NCBI GenBank assembly: GCA_963663405.2
Contig: CAXXSM010000104.1
Span: 1 to 64,000 of the forward strand
DNA length: 64,000 bases
From: a bacterium
Lineage (GTDB): Bacteria > Hinthialibacterota > Hinthialibacteria > Hinthialibacterales > Hinthialibacteraceae
Direction: 5' to 3'
Each line of letters opens with the position of its first letter. The first letter of the stretch is position 1. Of this stretch, positions 29,662-39,281 are shown in pieces. A program made the position numbers and the translations under genes. The notes beneath the pieces were generated by a model. That model had not been told where the DNA came from. It was given only the letters and a program-made list of their open reading frames with translations, and did no database searches.

Positions 29662-30561
29662 ATGGAGATGAACCGATGGCTTTTCATTAGGAACGGCGGG
29701 ATTGGCGATACTGTTCTTCTTTCCTCTACTGTGCAAGCGGTCCGTTTACAAAAACCGGACTCCTGGATCGAATTGATGGGTATTCAGGAACGGGTGGAAT
29801 TGCTGGTGGGGCCTGGATTAGCTAACCGCGCTGTCTCCTTTGAACGTCCTGGTATTGAGACACTGTTTGCTGGAAATGAGCCTGTCGCTGGTGAATTGCG
29901 GGAATATTTAACCTCTTTCGATGCGATTATTTATTACGCGGGGAAAGACCACGCGCGTTTGGAACAGCGGCTGCGAATGCGGGATACCCAATTCGTACAT
30001 GTTCATCCTGCTCTTCCGGAACCTGGACAACCGATTCATATCACACAGCATTACTTGAACGCTCTTTATGAAATTTTTCCAAAATGTGGTTGTCCATCTC
30101 CTCGAATTGTCTTGAGAGATAATGAACTTGATGCGGCCCTGCACCGGTTGGTGCTTGAATGGGGCGTTCAGACCGGATCCTATCTGTCCGCCATGCATCC
30201 TGGGGCGGGGAATTTTGAGAAACGCGCTCCAATCGATCTATTTATCCAATTTGTCCGATTGAAAATGGATCGTTTTCCAATTGTAAGGCCAGTCATTATA
30301 CAAGGCCCGGCGGATGAGGAGTCGGTTGACGCTCTTCGATGGGCGCTTCCTCAATCGGTGGATGTGATTGTCCTCAAGGATCTTTCGTTGCGGGAAATCG
30401 CCGCATGTCTGGATTTTTGTAATGACTTCGCGGGAAACGACAGCGGTGTAGCGCATATCGCGGCGGCGCTTGGAAAACCCACAACCGTATTTTTTACCGC
30501 GTCAGAGCCACGGCTATGGGCGCCACTTGGTTCGCATGTCTGTGTGAAGGATTTGCGTTGA
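29662..30561 (+). CDS. Glycosyltransferase family 9 (ADP-heptose:LPS heptosyltransferase-like)
   Basis: GGIGDTVL, HPGAG, GNDSGVAHIAAALGKPT, WAPLG. Confidence 0.9.
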   Translation: MEMNRWLFIRNGGIGDTVLLSSTVQAVRLQKPDSWIELMGIQERVELLVGPGLANRAVSFERPGIETLFAGNEPVAGELREYLTSFDAIIYYAGKDHARLEQRLRMRDTQFVHVHPALPEPGQPIHITQHYLNALYEIFPKCGCPSPRIVLRDNELDAALHRLVLEWGVQTGSYLSAMHPGAGNFEKRAPIDLFIQFVRLKMDRFPIVRPVIIQGPADEESVDALRWALPQSVDVIVLKDLSLREIAACLDFCNDFAGNDSGVAHIAAALGKPTTVFFTASEPRLWAPLGSHVCVKDLR

Positions 30562-30583
30562 ATCGCTGATTGAATCTGTTCTA

Positions 30584-32263
30584 TTAATCACTCACGATCT
30601 GAATTTTCTTCCAATATCCAGCTTCATAGGCCCAACCAGTGGGTTGATTAAGAAGTTCAAGGTTGATGGTATTGCCCGCGAAGGTGGAGAGATCAATTTT
30701 GATGTTTGTCCAGCCTTCTTTCGCGGTGTTCTTCCCGATGGGTGAATAATAGATCGTGGCTCCGTCTACTTTGACGATGAGATTCCAATCGCCTTGCGGG
30801 TGATGGCCTACGGTAAGGAGCAGGCTGGTTTTTTCCCCATGTGGGATTTCCAATTTTTTGCTTAAAACGCAGGGAGTGTTTTGGTTGAGTGGATGAGTGA
30901 CGAAAACATTTTCTTTACCAAGCGCTTCTTCATGCAATCCCGGATCCATATCATCGCCGCAATGAGTCATCTTCCATCCCGGCGCGAATTTCTCGATTTG
31001 ATATCCAAACGCTTCTGTGATTTTTTCCATCTCTTCTTCGGTGAAGCGGCTTCCAGCGCTGGGGCCGGGTTCCCAGCATTGTTCGAATTGGCTTGGTTTC
31101 GGTTCAAGGACAGGGATAACAAAAACCTCTTCACCATTGTCGTCTTTCTCGATACGCCCACCGGCCTGCAAGACAGACTGCCGCACAAGTTTTTCGGATA
31201 CGGCGATCAGTTTGGGGAAATTGTAGGCGGTGTGGGAGAAATGGTTATCCTCATTCAAAGCGGAGGTAAACCGTTCCGGAAGGTTTGAAAAACCAAGAGT
31301 CGTGAAGAGGACGCCGCCCGCGTTGGAGGGATTACAGTCGGAATCCTGTCCACAGCGTGTGGAGATGACGATGGTCTTATCCGGATCGCCTTCTCCATAT
31401 ACCAGTCCCATAACGATGTATGCGCCGTTGATTTTGGCGTCGATGTTGAACGCGCTTTCCGGTCCGGAGCAGGAGAAGCGGCGGTATTCGGGATTGAGGT
31501 GGTATTTTTCATTGATACAATTCCAGGTTTTCACCCAGTCGTCCGGATTTTCCTTGTACCATTTGACTGTGTCGCGGATTGCTTCAGCGTATTGGCTTTG
31601 GGCTGGGATACATTGTAAACCAGCGTCAATGATTTTCAGGATATCGGTTTCGAAAAAGGCTTCAGCGTACATGCCGCCGACGAATTGCCCGCCGTACAAG
31701 CCGTCTCCATAGTTCATTAATCGTCCAAAGACTTCACCGAGTTGAATGGCGACATTCGGAAGGCCGGGCGCGATCAAGCCGGAGTAGTCGGCTTCGATCT
31801 GGTAATCGATATCGTCGGCGTGTTTGTTGAATTCCGGATGGCCCGAATCGGGGGGCGCGATGCCGGCGCGCAGGTTATCGCGTCCCGCCCGGTTGGCGTG
31901 CCAGAGCCGGTAACCGCTGTTGGCGAAATCGATCCCCGCTTGCCGGATTGAGACGTTCATCCCATAGAGTTCCAATGTTCGTAGAAAGGTCATTTCCACA
32001 TAGATGTCGTCCTGGCTGAATTGATTGATTGTTTCGGGTTTCCATGCGGGCATTTTGTCTTCCGGGATGATCTTGCCGTTCCATTTGAACTCGGTTGGAG
32101 CGCCCCAGCCGACGCCGGCCATTTGTCCGATCCAACCGGCTTTCATCTTATCGCGGTATTCTTTGACCGGCAGGCGGCGGAATTTTTTTCCGTTGTCGGA
32201 GGCCTGGGTGTATGAGCCAGCGAGGATTCCAATGGCGATGAATAAGAACGTTAATTTACGCAC
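30584..32263 (-). CDS. Secreted ADP-ribosylglycohydrolase-family protein with C-terminal beta-sandwich (CBM-like) domain
   Basis: Signal peptide MRKLTFLFIAIGILAGSYTQA; GWIGQMAGVGWGAPTE, QDDIYVE, DIDYQIEAD, GQDSDCNPSNAGG. Confidence 0.82.
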   Translation of the reverse strand: MRKLTFLFIAIGILAGSYTQASDNGKKFRRLPVKEYRDKMKAGWIGQMAGVGWGAPTEFKWNGKIIPEDKMPAWKPETINQFSQDDIYVEMTFLRTLELYGMNVSIRQAGIDFANSGYRLWHANRAGRDNLRAGIAPPDSGHPEFNKHADDIDYQIEADYSGLIAPGLPNVAIQLGEVFGRLMNYGDGLYGGQFVGGMYAEAFFETDILKIIDAGLQCIPAQSQYAEAIRDTVKWYKENPDDWVKTWNCINEKYHLNPEYRRFSCSGPESAFNIDAKINGAYIVMGLVYGEGDPDKTIVISTRCGQDSDCNPSNAGGVLFTTLGFSNLPERFTSALNEDNHFSHTAYNFPKLIAVSEKLVRQSVLQAGGRIEKDDNGEEVFVIPVLEPKPSQFEQCWEPGPSAGSRFTEEEMEKITEAFGYQIEKFAPGWKMTHCGDDMDPGLHEEALGKENVFVTHPLNQNTPCVLSKKLEIPHGEKTSLLLTVGHHPQGDWNLIVKVDGATIYYSPIGKNTAKEGWTNIKIDLSTFAGNTINLELLNQPTGWAYEAGYWKKIQIVSD

Positions 32264-32318
32264 GATCGTGTTCTCCTCTCATTTGTGAGTATTGGATTTC
32301 AAGAAATGATACCGGTGA

Positions 32319-33098
32319 TTATTGTGATTCTATCCCACCGGCTTCTTTATGGATTTCCAACCATATCCCATAATTGACGTTCTGTCCACTTAGAGTGGGG
32401 GTGTGAATCCGGTAATTTTCGATCTTGAGTGTTTTCATGATTTGTGTCAATTCTTCCCGTGTTTTTTCGATACTGTATTTCGGCATACCGCGTCCTTTCC
32501 CCTGCCGGTTTCGAATTTGAGAGGCGGTTTCCAACGGCAGGTTTTTGGAGAAGCCCCGTCCGATATACGCAACTCCACCCGGCTTCAAAACCCGGTAGAT
32601 TTCGGAAAAGGCTTTCGTTTGGTCTTTCCAGAATTGAAACGAACCGCGCGAGGTGATGATATCGGCGTATTCATCGCGGAAAGGCAGCGATTGAGCGTCC
32701 GCGAAGACGGCTCCAACTTGGCCGATCACGTGGGCTTGTTCCGCCAGTTGAAACAGGTAGGTAAAAAAGTAGGGATTGATGTCTGCGTCGATCCAGTACA
32801 TTTTTGGGGATCGTTTGGCGAGTTCGACAACCAGGTTTCCAGGACCGCCACCAAGGTCGATCCCGATACCAGCTTTGTTCACAAGGTCGAATTCCTGAAC
32901 GATCCACTCAGCCAAGGGGGCATAAACCGGATTCAACGCGCCGCTCGCCGTACGCCAGAAGCCATCCGCCTTTTCGCGGGTGTACATTTCGTTTGATGGA
33001 ACGGTGAGTACCTGCGGCCAAACAGCGGGGGCAATTAGGAAAGCGCACAGAATAAGAGTGACTCGAATGAATATTCTTCGTTGAATTGTGGGTGTCAT
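32319..33098 (-). CDS. Class I SAM-dependent methyltransferase with N-terminal signal-like peptide
   Basis: IDLGGGPG (motif I), DAQSLPF, ADIITSRGS, EIYRVLKPGG; N-terminus RRIFIRVTLILCAFLIAPAVWP. Confidence 0.88.
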   Translation of the reverse strand: MTPTIQRRIFIRVTLILCAFLIAPAVWPQVLTVPSNEMYTREKADGFWRTASGALNPVYAPLAEWIVQEFDLVNKAGIGIDLGGGPGNLVVELAKRSPKMYWIDADINPYFFTYLFQLAEQAHVIGQVGAVFADAQSLPFRDEYADIITSRGSFQFWKDQTKAFSEIYRVLKPGGVAYIGRGFSKNLPLETASQIRNRQGKGRGMPKYSIEKTREELTQIMKTLKIENYRIHTPTLSGQNVNYGIWLEIHKEAGGIESQ

Positions 33099-33300
33099 CG
33101 ATGTTCCTTTGTTAGAGTGATTTGTTAGATATTTATAGCATGAGTTGAATCGTTAATGGGAGGGGGAGAGAGTTGGTTAATGAATTTTGAATGTTTGATT
33201 ACTTGAGAGAATGATTTGAGACGAAATTAAGGTTCATCCGGTAATTGAGTGCATAAAATCATTTTGGGGAATTGCGATCTTTGTTCAGGATGACTTAATC

Positions 33301-33413
33301 GTCTGAACCATGATTCTAAGGATTATAGGATTACCATGATTTCAAAAACAAGAAAATCATGCGAATCAAGTAAGACAGCGCCAGCTGGCTGGCTTTTTAA
33401 TCAAGGTTCAGAC
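33301..33413. repeat. Palindromic element of the same family as 15865-16200
   Basis: GTCTGAACCATGATT ... AATCAAGGTTCAGAC termini; GATT units at 8-10-nt spacing in the left arm, AATC units in the right arm. Confidence 0.7.
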
Positions 33414-33487
33414 AATAAGAATCCTGCATGGCAGCGCTGGGCTTCAAAATTTCCAACAAAAAGTGAATGGATTGTTGAGTAACGTAC

Positions 33488-33556
33488 TCACTTTCCGGAA
33501 GAGCCTAAATAAATTTTTCTCCTTGCATTTCATAGTACCTTATACGAAGCGCTCAT
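33488..33556 (-). pseudogene. Decayed ParE/RelE toxin start downstream of the antitoxin
   Basis: ATG overlaps the antitoxin stop (TGATG). Reads MSASYKVL*(where W is usual)NARRKIYL..., then degrades toward the palindromic element. Confidence 0.5.
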
Positions 33557-33833
33557 CAGGATTGTTCTTTTAGTCTTCTTTCTATCGTATCAAAAACATC
33601 ATTCTGAGGCTTAAAGCGTTCTGCTTTTACATCCTCTTCCCCTATAGCGATTAATTTTATGATGCCGATCGCGTTCCGCATTTTTTCATAGCTTTCGGGA
33701 TCCTGCAAAACCGCCTTCGGTTCACCGTTTTGTGTGATGATGACAGGCCGATGGGATTCGTTGATTTGTTTGAGTAATTTGGGGGTGTGGATTTTAAGTA
33801 GGTAATTGGTTTGATGTCTTGTAAAATCTTCAT
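33556..33833 (-). CDS. Phd/YefM-family type II antitoxin (one frameshift near 33790, probably an error); absent from the ORF track
   Basis: CAGGAG RBS, then my translation MKILQDIKPITYLK/HTPKLLKQINESHRPVIITQNGEPKAVLQDPESYEKMRNAIGIIKLIAIGEEDVKAERFKPQNDVFDTIERRLKEQS*. Confidence 0.82.
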
Positions 33834-33999
33834 ATCTCTTATCTCCTGTCAGTTTATCCTACTAAATACGAGCAGGAGATCAAACGTCCAGTGATTATCG
33901 CACACGTAATATATTTCTAGAGACGCTTAACCAAGCATTAGATTTTATCCTTATGAGCATTGACGTGGATCACTCTGAAGAATTTGAAATTCATGGAAT

Positions 34000-36141
34000 T
34001 TAATTGCGATTTGCTGGATTCGCTTTCTGGGGGCGCCGTTTAATAACAACAAGTGTCAGGTCATCGTGTTGAGGGATGTTTCCGGAGAATTCGGTGATTT
34101 TATCACGGATCGCTTTCACAGTGTCTTTTGCGTTGCGATTCCGGTTTTGTTTTAGGGAATAGAGGAAGCGCTCAAGGGTGAACTCTTCCAGCGAACGGTT
34201 CATCGCTTCGGTGATTCCGTCTGTGTAGAGAACCACCGTGTCTCCCTCGTTCAATTGCACGGATTGTATTTCGGTGTTTTTCGCGAAGATGTCCCCATTT
34301 ACAAGACCTAAAACGATGCCGGGTGGGGTAATTTGATCGAATTGGGATTGGCCGTCTTTCAACAGAAGAAGCGGTTCGTGACCGGCGCGGGCCAACTGAA
34401 GCTCGCCTGTGGACAAGCGCAGAACCGCCAGCGACATGCTGATGAATGTACCCTGCCGCATGTCGGGCCGGATGAAGCGGTTCAGTTCAATGATCATTTC
34501 GCGCGCGGTTTTATCCTGTTTCGAAAGGGCGCGCAGGGCGCTGCGGACAGTAGCCATGGTTAACGCGCCGGGGATGCCTTTGCCGGAAACATCGGCGATC
34601 GCGATGCCCAACCGGTCCTCATCCAAAAGGAAAAAATCGTAATAATCGCCGCCGACTTCCTGGGCGGGCACACTCGCTGCGGCGATATCATAGCCTTCCA
34701 GATGAGGGCAGGTTTTCGGGAGCAGTAATTGCTGCACTTCTTTGGCCAGTTCCATGTCGCGTTCCAACCGTTCGATTGCCTGCAAACTATTGTGCATGAT
34801 CGCGCTGCCCAGGGTGTGGGCGGCTTGTTCGGCCATGGCGGAGAGAGTCGCCTCGTCCGAAGGGGAAAACCGGGCATCTTCGTTTTTAGGATTGACGACT
34901 GAAAGCGCGGCGACAGTTTGGTCATCAACTTTGAGCGGCACGACCAGCATGGACTTAATCTGCAGGAATGGTTCGTATTGCTGCTGAATTCGCTTGTCGT
35001 GACCGGCGTCGGTGATCCGGATCGAGATGCCATTTTTGGCGGCGAGCCCAACAATCCCTTTCCCGATGGGGATTTTTTCCGAGCAGACCACTTCATGAAT
35101 ATAGCTAATCCGGGAAGCGAGATTGGGCTGATACCCCATTTCTAATTCAGGGGGGTAAGGGCCCTCGACGACACGGGCGGATAGTAATCTACCCTTCCCA
35201 GGCTCATTTTTGGATTTCATGAAGAGTTGTTCGATGTCGTCCCAGACAAAGATCGCGCCGGCTGAGGCGTTGGTTAGGTCCATCCCATAACGCAGGGTTT
35301 GTTGTAGAAGGCGGTTCAGATCGAAACCGCCCATAAAATAGGATTCTCTTTCATGCGCCGCTGGCGTCTGTCCCAGATTCTTCTCCGGTTGGGATTCCTC
35401 GCTCCCACTCAGTTTCTTGAGAAACGAGATCATCGCGTCTTTTTGTAATTTAAAGGAATTCGCATGTTTGAACGTTTCTTCCACGTACAGGAAATTCGCG
35501 CGTAAGAGTAGTAACAGAAAGAGAACCAGAGTGATACAGGTGATGGAATGGACTTGGTTGAGTTCCGCCGGGATACTCGCCGACCAGCTGACGAGAATGA
35601 TTAGAATAAACCAACTCATCGGGTGCTCGCTGGACAAGAGGATCCAGAACGTATGCGCAATGATTGTAAGCTGCCACACGGGGAAAATCCAATGCGCGAT
35701 CACATTCGATATCGCCGAATTATCGCCCATTCGAATCAGAAAAAGGCTCAATCCGATCATCACTGCGATTCCGGCCCAGCGGAACCGGTCGATTAAAACC
35801 ATATCCGGGGGTTTTCTTTTTTTACGAATGGGCAGGATCGCAAAGTACATCAACGCGTGAGCGATATACATCGTCGATGCGATTAGGAATGATATTCGTA
35901 AGATGTCAAGTAAAAATACTTGAGGGGAGAGAAATTGATTAATTGGAGTGATAATCAAAGAAAGCGCCCAGAAAAGGAATCCCATGATAAACAGATAGGA
36001 TTGGCGTATATTGAGAAGAGGAATAAACGTAGTGATCGATGTTCGCTGCGCGATTTCCTGAAACGAGAGAAAATGACGCAGGAAAAAGAGAATTGTCATC
36101 GAAAGCACTATATTAACGATGTTGAATGGATCTGACATCAA
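34000..36141 (-). CDS. Membrane-bound GAF + PP2C (SpoIIE/RsbU-type) serine phosphatase
   Basis: Multi-TM N-terminus; GAF (GKGIVG...SMLVVPL...F..SDE); ELAKEVQQLLLP, VGGDYYD, IADVSGKG, RAGHEP, YTDGITEA, HDDLTL. Confidence 0.92.
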   Translation of the reverse strand: MMSDPFNIVNIVLSMTILFFLRHFLSFQEIAQRTSITTFIPLLNIRQSYLFIMGFLFWALSLIITPINQFLSPQVFLLDILRISFLIASTMYIAHALMYFAILPIRKKRKPPDMVLIDRFRWAGIAVMIGLSLFLIRMGDNSAISNVIAHWIFPVWQLTIIAHTFWILLSSEHPMSWFILIILVSWSASIPAELNQVHSITCITLVLFLLLLLRANFLYVEETFKHANSFKLQKDAMISFLKKLSGSEESQPEKNLGQTPAAHERESYFMGGFDLNRLLQQTLRYGMDLTNASAGAIFVWDDIEQLFMKSKNEPGKGRLLSARVVEGPYPPELEMGYQPNLASRISYIHEVVCSEKIPIGKGIVGLAAKNGISIRITDAGHDKRIQQQYEPFLQIKSMLVVPLKVDDQTVAALSVVNPKNEDARFSPSDEATLSAMAEQAAHTLGSAIMHNSLQAIERLERDMELAKEVQQLLLPKTCPHLEGYDIAAASVPAQEVGGDYYDFFLLDEDRLGIAIADVSGKGIPGALTMATVRSALRALSKQDKTAREMIIELNRFIRPDMRQGTFISMSLAVLRLSTGELQLARAGHEPLLLLKDGQSQFDQITPPGIVLGLVNGDIFAKNTEIQSVQLNEGDTVVLYTDGITEAMNRSLEEFTLERFLYSLKQNRNRNAKDTVKAIRDKITEFSGNIPQHDDLTLVVIKRRPQKANPANRN

Positions 36142-36510
36142 GCGTATTTACCCTTTTCTCTTGTATTCATTGAACCGCTTTTTTTACATTTGGGTTTATT
36201 TTCGGCTCTTTCTAAAGTGTATCATAGTATTAACAGATTGAAAACGGATTTCATGATTTCTGCGTTTAGTGTATAGACGCATTATACTGGAGCCAATTCT
36301 GTTGCAATCCGGATTATCGTCTATGGGATATCAGTTATGCGTTCTTGAAGGCCGAATATTGTCTCAATATTAAATTGTACCTCATATTGCTGTATTTAGG
36401 AGGCGTTCAATTCTTCACTGGGCTTATTTTTTTATTCGAGAAAAATTGTCATGTAGTTATGCTTTGCAATGTTTGTGTTTCTTGCTCCCGCTTCGATGAA
36501 TGGGAAATTC

Positions 36511-37728
36511 TCATGATTCGTTGGCGCTTTTTTTATCATTTCCCGATTGAATGGCGTTCAATCGTTCTCTGAACTGATTCGCTTCTTTCTTTCGTCCCAT
36601 TTTTTCAAGAAGGGAGGAATAGTTGGTTAGCGTATCGATTAAGTTGCTATGATCGGGGCCGAAGGTTTTTTCCATAATCGATAGGGATCGTTTGTAATAC
36701 GATTCGGCCTTCTCGAATTTATTCTGTTCGACATAGAGAGCGGCGGCGTTGTTGAGGAGTTCCGCGACAGCGGGGTGATTGAATCCGGCATGGCCTTCTA
36801 AAATAGACATCGCTTGATTGAAAAGGTCTTCCGCTTCGCTATATTCTTTTTGGAATTGTTTGGTTTTTCCGAGGTTATAAAGAGTTTCCGTGAGAAGTGA
36901 ATATTGGGAAGTGGGTTGTGTCTTGAAAATAGCGAGGGCTTTATTATAAAATTGTTCCGCTTTTTCGTATTCTTTTAAATGAAAATACAGCCCCGCGAGA
37001 TTGCTGAGACTCTGGCCAACAAGAGAATGCGCCGGCCCCAGTTTGTTTTTGTAGATTTCCGTAGCGCGTTGGAGGAGCGATTCGGCCTGTTTTTCTTTAC
37101 CTGTTTTTTCATAGAGAACGGCAAGGTTGCTGAGGCTTTGCGCCACTTCAGGATTATCTTCACCGTAGAGTCCTTTCCGGATTTTTAACGCTTTTTGGAA
37201 GAGCGGCTCCGCTTCCTCATACCGTTCCTGGTAGAAATAGAGGCCCGCTAAATTGGTATAACAATCCGCCGTTTCTGCTGATTCCTGGCTATTGGCTTTC
37301 AAGAGAATATCGAGTGACCGCTTATAAAAAACTTCCGCCTCATCCATTTTTCTCGCTTGATACAGCAACGCCGCCATATTATTGATGGTTTTCGCGAGAT
37401 CTGGATGGTCTTTCCCCATCGTCCTTTCCCGGTGGGTTAAAGCTTGTTTGTAATAGAACAAAGCACGGTCAAGATTGCCCTTCTGGTAGTAGAGTAAACC
37501 AAGGTTGTTCAACAATGGACCTAAGCGTTGATCGTATGGATCGAAGTTTTCCGCCTCTTTAAGCGCTTCCAGTAAAATTCTTTCCGCTCCTTGATAATCT
37601 TCTTTTTCGAACGCGTTCCCAGCGCTTTGCATTAATGTGTCCCACGAATCTTCTTGGGCGAATGTGGGTATTGAACACAGAATGAGATAGAGGCATCCGA
37701 CAAGAAACAGAATCCATTTGCCGGTCAT
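36511..37728 (-). CDS. Secreted tetratricopeptide repeat protein
   Basis: Signal peptide, then ~42-aa repeats of the type HP..A.SL.NLA.LY...G.Y.EAE.L...AL. Confidence 0.9.
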   Translation of the reverse strand: MTGKWILFLVGCLYLILCSIPTFAQEDSWDTLMQSAGNAFEKEDYQGAERILLEALKEAENFDPYDQRLGPLLNNLGLLYYQKGNLDRALFYYKQALTHRERTMGKDHPDLAKTINNMAALLYQARKMDEAEVFYKRSLDILLKANSQESAETADCYTNLAGLYFYQERYEEAEPLFQKALKIRKGLYGEDNPEVAQSLSNLAVLYEKTGKEKQAESLLQRATEIYKNKLGPAHSLVGQSLSNLAGLYFHLKEYEKAEQFYNKALAIFKTQPTSQYSLLTETLYNLGKTKQFQKEYSEAEDLFNQAMSILEGHAGFNHPAVAELLNNAAALYVEQNKFEKAESYYKRSLSIMEKTFGPDHSNLIDTLTNYSSLLEKMGRKKEANQFRERLNAIQSGNDKKSANES

Positions 37729-38111
37729 AACGTTTTATCCTTTCAGCAGCTGCTGTGGAATTGGGAGAGTTTCCGGATTTTTCGTGTCATCATGAAAAAT
37801 TCCAGTTTTCTACTCTTCAATCGATTCTGTGATTTGTCAATGAGAAGAATCCATTCATTCTCATTCCCTAACGAAAAAAGAACGAACGGCGCCGAATTGT
37901 TGTTCATTTTATATCTATAAAGGAAAAAACAAAATAAGGTTCAGGACTGGACGTGTCGCAGGGAGGAAATTAGTATTTCTTATCGAGATACGATTCATTA
38001 TTACAGGCCGTCCCATGTGATGTGGTTGGTTATGGGAGGGTTTTTACCCTTTTATTATACATTTCCACATGAAAGCCACCTGCAGAGGCTGATTTAACCG
38101 GAGCGCCGTTT

Positions 38112-39281
38112 ATGAAGATCCTTTATTTTGACGCATTCGCTGGAATTAGTGGAGATATGTGCCTAGGCGCCCTAGTGGACGCTGGGTGTCCGTTAGACGC
38201 CATAAAAACCGTCTTGGCGGGTATGGATATTCCCTCTTTCGATCTGTGTAAAGAACCCGCTCTTCGCGGTCCGCTTTCCGGAACTAAAGTTCATGTAGAA
38301 GTACAGGAAGAGCCGCATTCTCATCGAAAATTAATGGATGTATTGAAAATTGTGGACCGCGTTCAATGGCCGGGCGCCGTGCGTGATCAGATTGAAGACG
38401 CGTTCACGGCTTTGGCTAAAGCGGAAGGGCGCGTGCACGGGAAAGCGTACGATCAGATTCATTTTCACGAAGTTGGTTGTTACGACGCGATCGTTGATAT
38501 TTGTGGAACGCTGCTAGGGCTGAATTTGTTGGGTGTTGAATCGTGTTTCTGTTCGAAACTGCACGTAGGGGAAGGATTTGTGAAGACGCGGCATGGCCGG
38601 CTGCCGCTTCCCGTTCCCGCGACGGCGCATCTCATCCAGGGATTTGAGGTGTATTCTTTAGGGATTCCGATGGAGATGATTACGCCGACAGGCGCGGCTC
38701 TGCTGCATGTGTTGGCGGGGGGATCTTCGCCGATGCCGGTGATGCGTCTCGATACAACCGGCTATGGAGCGGGGACGCGGGATCCGAAAGAGGTCCCCGG
38801 TATGCTGCGCGTGTTTTTAGGGGAGACAACGGGCGCCGGGATTATTGATCGCGCTGTGATGATCGAAGCGAATATCGATGATATGAATCCTGAATTTTTT
38901 GAACCGTTGATGGAAAATCTTTTCAATGCGGGCGCGCTCGATGTGACGTTTACTCCGCTGATGATGAAAAAGAACCGGCCCGGCACACTGATTTCCATCC
39001 TTGTTCCCCCCGCTTTGAAGGAAACGGCGGCGCGGATTCTATTGCGGGACAGCACGACTATTGGTGTCCGCTTTTACGAATGCGAACGGCGGACGCTGCA
39101 GCGTGAATTGTATGAAGTCCAGACCAAATGGGGCGTGGTGAAGGGAAAAGTCTGTTGGGGTGAAGGAATCGAGAAACGGTTTACACCGGAGTATGAGGAT
39201 TGTAAACGCATTCATCGTAAAAAAAATATCCCCATCGCCGAAGTGTACCGGGAAGCTATTCAGTGTTTCTTAGGGATTTAA
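38112..39281 (+). CDS. larC: Nickel pincer cofactor biosynthesis protein LarC
   Basis: GISGDMCLGAL, HFHEVG..DAIVDI, HGRLPLPVPAT, TPTGAA, EANIDD, MKKNRPG, PEYEDC. Confidence 0.95.
   Translation: MKILYFDAFAGISGDMCLGALVDAGCPLDAIKTVLAGMDIPSFDLCKEPALRGPLSGTKVHVEVQEEPHSHRKLMDVLKIVDRVQWPGAVRDQIEDAFTALAKAEGRVHGKAYDQIHFHEVGCYDAIVDICGTLLGLNLLGVESCFCSKLHVGEGFVKTRHGRLPLPVPATAHLIQGFEVYSLGIPMEMITPTGAALLHVLAGGSSPMPVMRLDTTGYGAGTRDPKEVPGMLRVFLGETTGAGIIDRAVMIEANIDDMNPEFFEPLMENLFNAGALDVTFTPLMMKKNRPGTLISILVPPALKETAARILLRDSTTIGVRFYECERRTLQRELYEVQTKWGVVKGKVCWGEGIEKRFTPEYEDCKRIHRKKNIPIAEVYREAIQCFLGI

Noticed and set aside
33228-33260. IS terminal inverted repeat (AAGGTTCATCCGGTAATTGAGTGCATAAAA)
   Set aside because: Looks end-like, but I found no partner repeat or transposase in the window.
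33530-33532. TGA recoding (Trp/Sec) in the toxin
   Set aside because: TGA is a normal stop in many genes here and the downstream frame is decayed, so a nonsense mutation is simpler.
37729-38111. Ni/Co riboswitch upstream of larC
   Set aside because: Small hairpins are present, but I cannot recognise the four-way-junction consensus.
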